Positions 56,497-64,000 of a stretch of DNA of 64,000 nucleotides are shown here, piece by piece; position 1 is the first letter of the stretch; each line of letters opens with the position of its first letter. Source of the stretch: Auanema rhodensis. Taxonomy: Eukaryota; Animalia; Nematoda. The position numbers were made by a program, and so were the translations under genes. The stretch is taken from positions 22,072,001 through 22,136,000 of the forward strand of contig OZ059897.1 in NCBI GenBank assembly GCA_964057225.1, written 5' to 3'. Under the pieces are notes generated by a model that was given only the letters and a program-made list of their open reading frames with translations, ran no database searches and had not been told where the DNA came from.

Positions 56497-59400
56497 TATT
56501 AGTCTAAAAACAAATTTTTATTGATATTGCTTCATGGTAACCATGACTTTGAAATTTACGTGAACTTTAATTTATGCTAATTAATTGTACACGTGATGTG
56601 CACTTGGTATGTAACTCGCTTCACGTGAAAGATAAAGAGATGCGGTTTTCAAAATTAGATTCCCCATGTCCATATTAGTCTAAAAACAAATTTTTATTGA
56701 TATTGGTGCATGGTAACCATGACTTTGAAATTTACGTGAACTTTAATTTATGCTAATTAAATGTACACGTGATGTGCACTTGGTATGTAACTCGCTTCAC
56801 GTGAAAGAAAAAGAGATGCGGTTTTCAAAATTAGATTCCCCATGTCCATATTAGTCTAAAAACAAATTTTTATTGATATTGGTGCATGGTAACCATGACT
56901 TTGAAATTTACGTGAACTTTAATTTATGCTAATTAAATGTACACGTGATGTGCACTTGGTATGTAACTCGCTTCACGTGAAAGATAAAGAGATGCGGTTT
57001 TCAAAATTAGATTCCCCATGTCCATATTAGTCTAAAAACAAATTTTTATTGATATTGGTTCATGGTAACCATGACTTTGAAATTTACGTGAACTTTAATT
57101 TATGCTAATTAAATGTACACGTGATGTGCACTTGGTATGTAACTCGCTTCACGTGAAAGATAAAGAGATGCGGTTTTCAAAATTAGATTCCCCATGTCCA
57201 TATTAGTCTAAAAACAAATTTTTATTGATATTGGTTCATGGTAACCATGACTTTGAAATTTACGTGAACTTTAATTTATGCTAATTAAATGTACACGTGA
57301 TGTGCACTTGGTATGTAACTCGCTTCACGTGAAAGATAAAGAGATGCGGTTTTCAAAATTAGATTCCCCATGTCCATATTAGTCTAAAAACAAATTTTTA
57401 TTGATATTGGTTCATGGTAACCATGACTTTGAAATTTACGTGAACTTTAATTTATGCTAATTAAATGTACACGTGATGTGCACTTGGTATGTAACTCGCT
57501 TCACGTGAAAGATAAAGAGATGTGGTTTTCAAAATTAGATTCCCCATGTCCATATTAGTCTAAAAACAAATTTTTATTGATATTGCTTCTTGGTAACCAT
57601 GACTTTGAAATTTACGTGAACTTTAATTTATGCTAATTAATTGTACACGTGATGTGCACTTGGTATGTAACTCGCTTCACGTGAAAGATAAAGAGATGCG
57701 GTTTTCAAAATTAGATTCCCCATGTCCATATTAGTCTAAAAACAAATTTTTATTGATATTGGTGCATGGTAACCATGACTTTGAAATTTACGTGAACTTT
57801 AATTTATGCTAATTAAATGTACACGTGATGTGCACTTGGTATGTAACTCGCTTCACGTGAAAGAAAAAGAGATGCGGTTTTCAAAATTAGATTCCCCATG
57901 TCCATATTAGTCTAAAAACAAATTTTTATTGATATTGGTGCATGGTAACCATGACTTTGAAATTTACGTGAACTTTAATTTATGCTAATTAAATGTACAC
58001 GTGATGTGCACTTGGTATGTAACTCGCTTCACGTGAAAGATAAAGAGATGCGGTTTTCAAAATTAGATTCCCCATGTCCATATTAGTCCAAAAACAAATT
58101 TTTATTGATATTGGTTCATGGTAACCATGACTTTGAAATTTACGTGAACTTTAATTTATGCTAATTAAATGTACACGTGATGTGCACTTGGTATGTAACT
58201 CGCTTCACGTGAAAGATAAAGAGATGCGGTTTTCAAAATTAGATTCCCCATGTCCATATTAGTCTAAAAACAAATTTTTATTGATATTAGTTCATGGTAA
58301 CCATGACTTTGAAATTTACGTGAACTTTAATTTATGCTAATTAAATGTACACGTGATGTGCACTTGGTATGTAACTCGCTTCACGTGAAAGATAAAGAGA
58401 TGTGGTTTTCAAAATTAGATTCCCCATGTCCATATTAGTCTAAAAACAAATTTTTATTGATATTGCTTCATGGTAACCATGACTTTGAAATTTACGTGAA
58501 CTTTAATTTATGCTAATTAATTGTACACGTGATGTGCACTTGGTATGTAACTCGCTTCACGTGAAAGATAAAGAGATGCGGTTTTCAAAATTAGATTCCC
58601 CATGTCCATATTAGTCTAAAAACAAATTTTTATTGATATTGGTGCATGGTAACCATGACTTTGAAATTTACGTGAACTTTAATTTATGCTAATTAAATGT
58701 ACACGTGATGTGCACTTGGTATGTAACTCGCTTCACGTGAAAGAAAAAGAGATGCGGTTTTCAAAATTAGATTCCCCATGTCCATATTAGTCTAAAAACA
58801 AATTTTTATTGATATTGGTGCATGGTAACCATGACTTTGAAATTTACGTGAACTTTAATTTATGCTAATTAAATGTACACGTGATGTGCACTTGGTATGT
58901 AACTCGCTTCACGTGAAAGATAAAGAGATGCGGTTTTCAAAATTAGATTCCCCATGTCCATATTAGTCTAAAAACAAATTTTTATTGATATTGGTTCATG
59001 GTAACCATGACTTTGAAATTTACGTGAACTTTAATTTATGCTAATTAAATGTACACGTGATGTGCACTTGGTATGTAACTCGCTTCACGTGAAAGATAAA
59101 GAGATGCGGTTTTCAAAATTAGATTCCCCATGTCCATATTAGTCTAAAAACAAATTTTTATTGATATTGGTTCATGGTAACCATGACTTTGAAATTTACG
59201 TGAACTTTAATTTATGCTAATTAAATGTACACGTGATGTGCACTTGGTATGTAACTCGCTTCACGTGAAAGATAAAGAGATGCGGTTTTCAAAATTAGAT
59301 TCCCCATGTCCATATTAGTCTAAAAACAAATTTTTATTGATATTGGTTCATGGTAACCATGACTTTGAAATTTACGTGAACTTTAATTTATGCTAATTAA

Positions 59401-60368
59401 ATGTACACGTGATGTGCACTTGGTATGTAACTCGCTTCACGTGAAAGATAAAGAGATGTGGTTTTCAAAATTAGATTCCCCATGTCCATATTAGTCTAAA
59501 AACAAATTTTTATTGATATTGCTTCATGGTAACCATGACTTTGAAATTTACGTGAACTTTAATTTATGCTAATTAATTGTACACGTGATGTGCACTTGGT
59601 ATGTAACTCGCTTCACGTGAAAGATAAAGAGATGCGGTTTTCAAAATTAGATTCCCCATGTCCATATTAGTCTAAAAACAAATTTTTATTGATATTGGTG
59701 CATGGTAACCATGACTTTGAAATTTACGTGAACTTTAATTTATGCTAATTAAATGTACACGTGATGTGCACTTGGTATGTAACTCGCTTCACGTGAAAGA
59801 AAAAGAGATGCGGTTTTCAAAATTAGATTCCCCATGTCCATATTAGTCTAAAAACAAATTTTTATTGATATTGGTGCATGGTAACCATGACTTTGAAATT
59901 TACGTGAACTTTAATTTATGCTAATTAAATGTACACGTGATGTGCACTTGGTATGTAACTCGCTTCACGTGAAAGATAAAGAGATGCGGTTTTCAAAATT
60001 AGATTCCCCATGTCCATATTAGTCTAAAAACAAATTTTTATTGATATTGGTTCATGGTAACCATGACTTTGAAATTTACGTGAACTTTAATTTATGCTAA
60101 TTAAATGTACACGTGATGTGCACTTGGTATGTAACTCGCTTCACGTGAAAGATAAAGAGATGCGGTTTTCAAAATTAGATTCCCCATGTCCATATTAGTC
60201 TAAAAACAAATTTTTATTGATATTAGTTCATGGTAACCATGACTTTGAAATTTACGTGAACTTTAATTTATGCTAATTAAATGTACACGTGATGTGCACT
60301 TGGTATGTAACTCGCTTCACGTGAAAGATAAAGAGATGTGGTTTTCAAAATTAGATTCCCCATGTCCA
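56497..60368. repeat. Tandem 11-monomer (6+5) duplication (2 x 1936 bp; M322-332 / M333-343)
   Basis: [C plus aaTtgt, G plus gaAaaag, G, T, T, gatgTgg][C plus aaTtgt, G plus gaAaaag, G, T, A plus gatgTgg] appears twice, with two private SNPs in the first copy. Confidence 0.85.
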
Positions 60369-63300
60369 TATTAGTCTAAAAACAAATTTTTATTGATATT
60401 GCTTCATGGTAACCATGACTTTGAAATTTACGTGAACTTTAATTTATGCTAATTAATTGTACACGTGATGTGCACTTGGTATGTAACTCGCTTCACGTGA
60501 AAGATAAAGAGATGCGGTTTTCAAAATTAGATTCCCCATGTCCATATTAGTCTAAAAACAAATTTTTATTGATATTGGTTCATGGTAACCATGACTTTGA
60601 AATTTACGTGAACTTTAATTTATGCTAATTAAATGTACACGTGATGTGCACTTGGTATGTAACTCGCTTCACGTGAAAGATAAAGAGATGTGGTTTTCAA
60701 AATTAGATTCCCCATGTCCATATTAGTCTAAAAACAAATTTTTATTGATATTGCTTCATGGTAACCATGACTTTGAAATTTACGTGAACTTTAATTTATG
60801 CTAATTAAATGTACACGTGATGTGCACTTGGTATGTAACTCGCTTCACGTGAAAGATAAAGAGATGCGGTTTTCAAAATTAGATTCCCCATGTCCATATT
60901 AGTCTAAAAACAAATTTTTATTGATATTGGTTCATGGTAACCATGACTTTGAAATTTACGTGAACTTTAATTTATGCTAATTAAATGTACACGTGATGTG
61001 CACTTGGTATGTAACTCGCTTCACGTGAAAGATAAAGAGATGCGGTTTTCAAAATTAGATTCCCCATGTCCATATTAGTCTAAAAACAAATTTTTATTGA
61101 TATTGGTGCATGGTAACCATGACTTTGAAATTTACGTGAACTTTAATTTATGCTAATTAAATGTACACGTGATGTGCACTTGGTATGTAACTCGCTTCAC
61201 GTGAAAGATAAAGAGATGCGGTTTTCAAAATTAGATTCCCCATGTCCATATTAGTCTAAAAACAAATTTTTATTGATATTAGTTCATGGTAACCATGACT
61301 TTGAAATTTACGTGAACTTTAATTTATGCTAATTAAATGTACACGTGATGTGCACTTGGTATGTAACTCGCTTCACGTGAAAGATAAAGATATGCGGTTT
61401 TCAAAATTAGATTCCCCATGTCCATATTAGTCTAAAAACAAATTTTTATTGATATTGGTTCATGGTAACCATGACTTTGAAATTTACGTGAACTTTAATT
61501 TATGCTAATTAAATGTACACGTGATGTGCACTTGGTATGTAACTCGCTTCACGTGAAAGATAAAGAGATGTGGTTTTCAAAATTAGATTCCCCATGTCCA
61601 TATTAGTCTAAAAACAAATTTTTATTGATATTGCTTCATGGTAACCATGACTTTGAAATTTACGTGAACTTTAATTTATGCTAATTAATTGTACACGTGA
61701 TGTGCACTTGGTATGTAACTCGCTTCACGTGAAAGATAAAGAGATGCGGTTTTCAAAATTAGATTCCCCATGTCCATATTAGTCTAAAAACAAATTTTTA
61801 TTGATATTGGTGCATGGTAACCATGACTTTGAAATTTACGTGAACTTTAATTTATGCTAATTAAATGTACACGTGATGTGCACTTGGTATGTAACTCGCT
61901 TCACGTGAAAGATGAAGAGATGCGGTTTTCAAAATTAGATTCCCCATGTCCATATTAGTCTAAAAACAAATTTTTATTGATATTGGTTCATGGTAACCAT
62001 GACTTTGAAATTTACGTGAACTTTAATTTATGCTAATTAAATGTACACGTGATGTGCACTTGGTATGTAACTCGCTTCACGTGAAAGATAAAGAGATGCG
62101 GTTTTCAAAATTAGATTCCCCATGTCCATATTAGTCTAAAAACAAATTTTTATTGATATTGGTTCATGGTAACCATGACTTTGAAATTTACGTGAACTTT
62201 AATTTATGCTAATTAAATGTACACGTGATGTGCACTTGGTATGTAACTCGCTTCACGTGAAAGATAAAGAGATGCGGTTTTCAAAATTAGATTCCCCATG
62301 TCCATATTAGTCTAAAAACAAATTTTTATTGATATTGGTGCATGGTAACCATGACTTTGAAATTTACGTGAACTTTAATTTATGCTAATTAAATGTACAC
62401 GTGATGTGCACTTGGTATGTAACTCGCTTCACGTGAAAGATGAAGAGATGCGGTTTTCAAAATTAGATTCCCCATGTCCATATTAGTCTAAAAACAAATT
62501 TTTATTGATATTGGTTCATGGTAACCATGACTTTGAAATTTACGTGAACTTTAATTTATGCTAATTAAATGTACACGTGATGTGCACTTGGTATGTAACT
62601 CGCTTCACGTGAAAGATAAAGAGATGCGGTTTTCAAAATTAGATTCCCCATGTCCATATTAGTCTAAAAACAAATTTTTATTGATATTGGTTCATGGTAA
62701 CCATGACTTTGAAATTTACGTGAACTTTAATTTATGCTAATTAAATGTACACGTGATGTGCACTTGGTATGTAACTCGCTTCACGTGAAAGATAAAGAGA
62801 TGTGGTTTTCAAAATTAGATTCCCCATGTCCATATTAGTCTAAAAACAAATTTTTATTGATATTGGTGCATGGTAACCATGACTTTGAAATTTACGTGAA
62901 CTTTAATTTATGCTAATTAAATGTACACGTGATGTGCACTTGGTATGTAACTCGCTTCACGTGAAAGATAAAGAGATGCGGTTTTCAAAATTAGATTCCC
63001 CATGTCCATATTAGTCTAAAAACAAATTTTTATTGATATTGCTTCATGGTAACCATGACTTTGAAATTTACGTGAACTTTAATTTATGCTAATTAATTGT
63101 ACACGTGATGTGCACTTGGTATGTAACTCGCTTCACGTGAAAGATAAAGAGATGCGGTTTTCAAAATTAGATTCCCCATGTCCATATTAGTCTAAAAACA
63201 AATTTTTATTGATATTGGTTCATGGTAACCATGACTTTGAAATTTACGTGAACTTTAATTTATGCTAATTAAATGTACACGTGATGTGCACTTGGTATGT

Positions 63301-64000
63301 AACTCGCTTCACGTGAAAGATAAAGAGATGCGGTTTTCAAAATTAGATTCCCCATGTCCATATTAGTCTAAAAACAAATTTTTATTGATATTAGTTCATG
63401 GTAACCATGACTTTGAAATTTACGTGAACTTTAATTTATGCTAATTAAATGTACACGTGATGTGCACTTGGTATGTAACTCGCTTCACGTGAAAGATAAA
63501 GAGATGCGGTTTTCAAAATTAGATTCCCCATGTCCATATTAGTCTAAAAACAAATTTTTATTGATATTGGTTCATGGTAACCATGACTTTGAAATTTACG
63601 TGAACTTTAATTTATGCTAATTAAATGTACACGTGATGTGCACTTGGTATGTAACTCGCTTCACGTGAAAGATAAAGAGATGCGGTTTTCAAAATTAGAT
63701 TCCCCATGTCCATATTAGTCTAAAAACAAATTTTTATTGATATTAGTTCATGGTAACCATGACTTTGAAATTTACGTGAACTTTAATTTATGCTAATTAA
63801 ATGTACACGTGATGTGCACTTGGTATGTAACTCGCTTCACGTGAAAGATAAAGAGATGCGGTTTTCAAAATTAGATTCCCCATGTCCATATTAGTCTAAA
63901 AACAAATTTTTATTGATATTGGTTCATGGTAACCATGACTTTGAAATTTACGTGAACTTTAATTTATGCTAATTAAATGTACACGTGATGTGCACTTGGT

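Larger units (their letters stand above)
1..64000. repeat. 176-bp tandem satellite array, about 363.6 copies, single orientation; candidate (peri)centromeric satellite of unidentified family
   Basis: The monomer start 'tattagtctaaaaacaaa' recurs at 1, 177, 353 ... 63889. The 60-nt line layout recurs every 2640 bp (15x176) from 1 to 63361, so the phase is unbroken. The array extends past both window ends. The centromeric role is inference only. Confidence 0.99.

Noticed and set aside
1-63361. Apparent global 2640-bp periodicity
   Set aside because: A formatting artefact: 2640 is the least common multiple of 176 and the 60-nt line width. A true 15-monomer offset is supported only at 15313-20240.
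1-64000. CRISPR array or other repeat-spacer system
   Set aside because: The whole 176-bp unit repeats. There are no unique spacers, no leader and no cas genes.
1-64000. Repetitive protein-coding ORF
   Set aside because: 176 is not a multiple of 3 and each monomer has stops in all six frames. For example, the ATG at 38 gives only MVTMTLKFT before a stop.
1-64000. Embedded transposon, inversion or unique island
   Set aside because: None seen. Phase and orientation are continuous throughout.

Overview
The whole 64 kb window is one uninterrupted head-to-tail array of a 176-bp AT-rich satellite monomer (about 32% GC; 363 full copies plus a 112-bp partial). Consensus: tattagtctaaaaacaaatttttattgatattggttcatggtaaccatgactttgaaatttacgtgaactttaatttatgctaattaaatgtacacgtgatgtgcacttggtatgtaactcgcttcacgtgaaagataaagagatgcggttttcaaaattagattccccatgtcca. 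Monomer Mn starts at 176(n-1)+1. I found no genes, RNA genes, mobile elements, CRISPR spacers, inversions or net indels. Most monomers differ from the consensus by 0-2 substitutions, and a few by up to about 6. The monomer length, homogeneity and several dyad symmetries fit a eukaryotic centromeric or pericentromeric satellite, but I do not recognise the family or species. The informative structure lies in the SNP pattern, which I read by eye. It shows local, nested and abutting block duplications with changing periods (3, 4, 5, 7, 9, 11, 13, 14, 15, 17 and about 42-45 monomers), chimeric monomers marking in-register deletions, and region-restricted variant sets. I found no evidence for a novel coding system.
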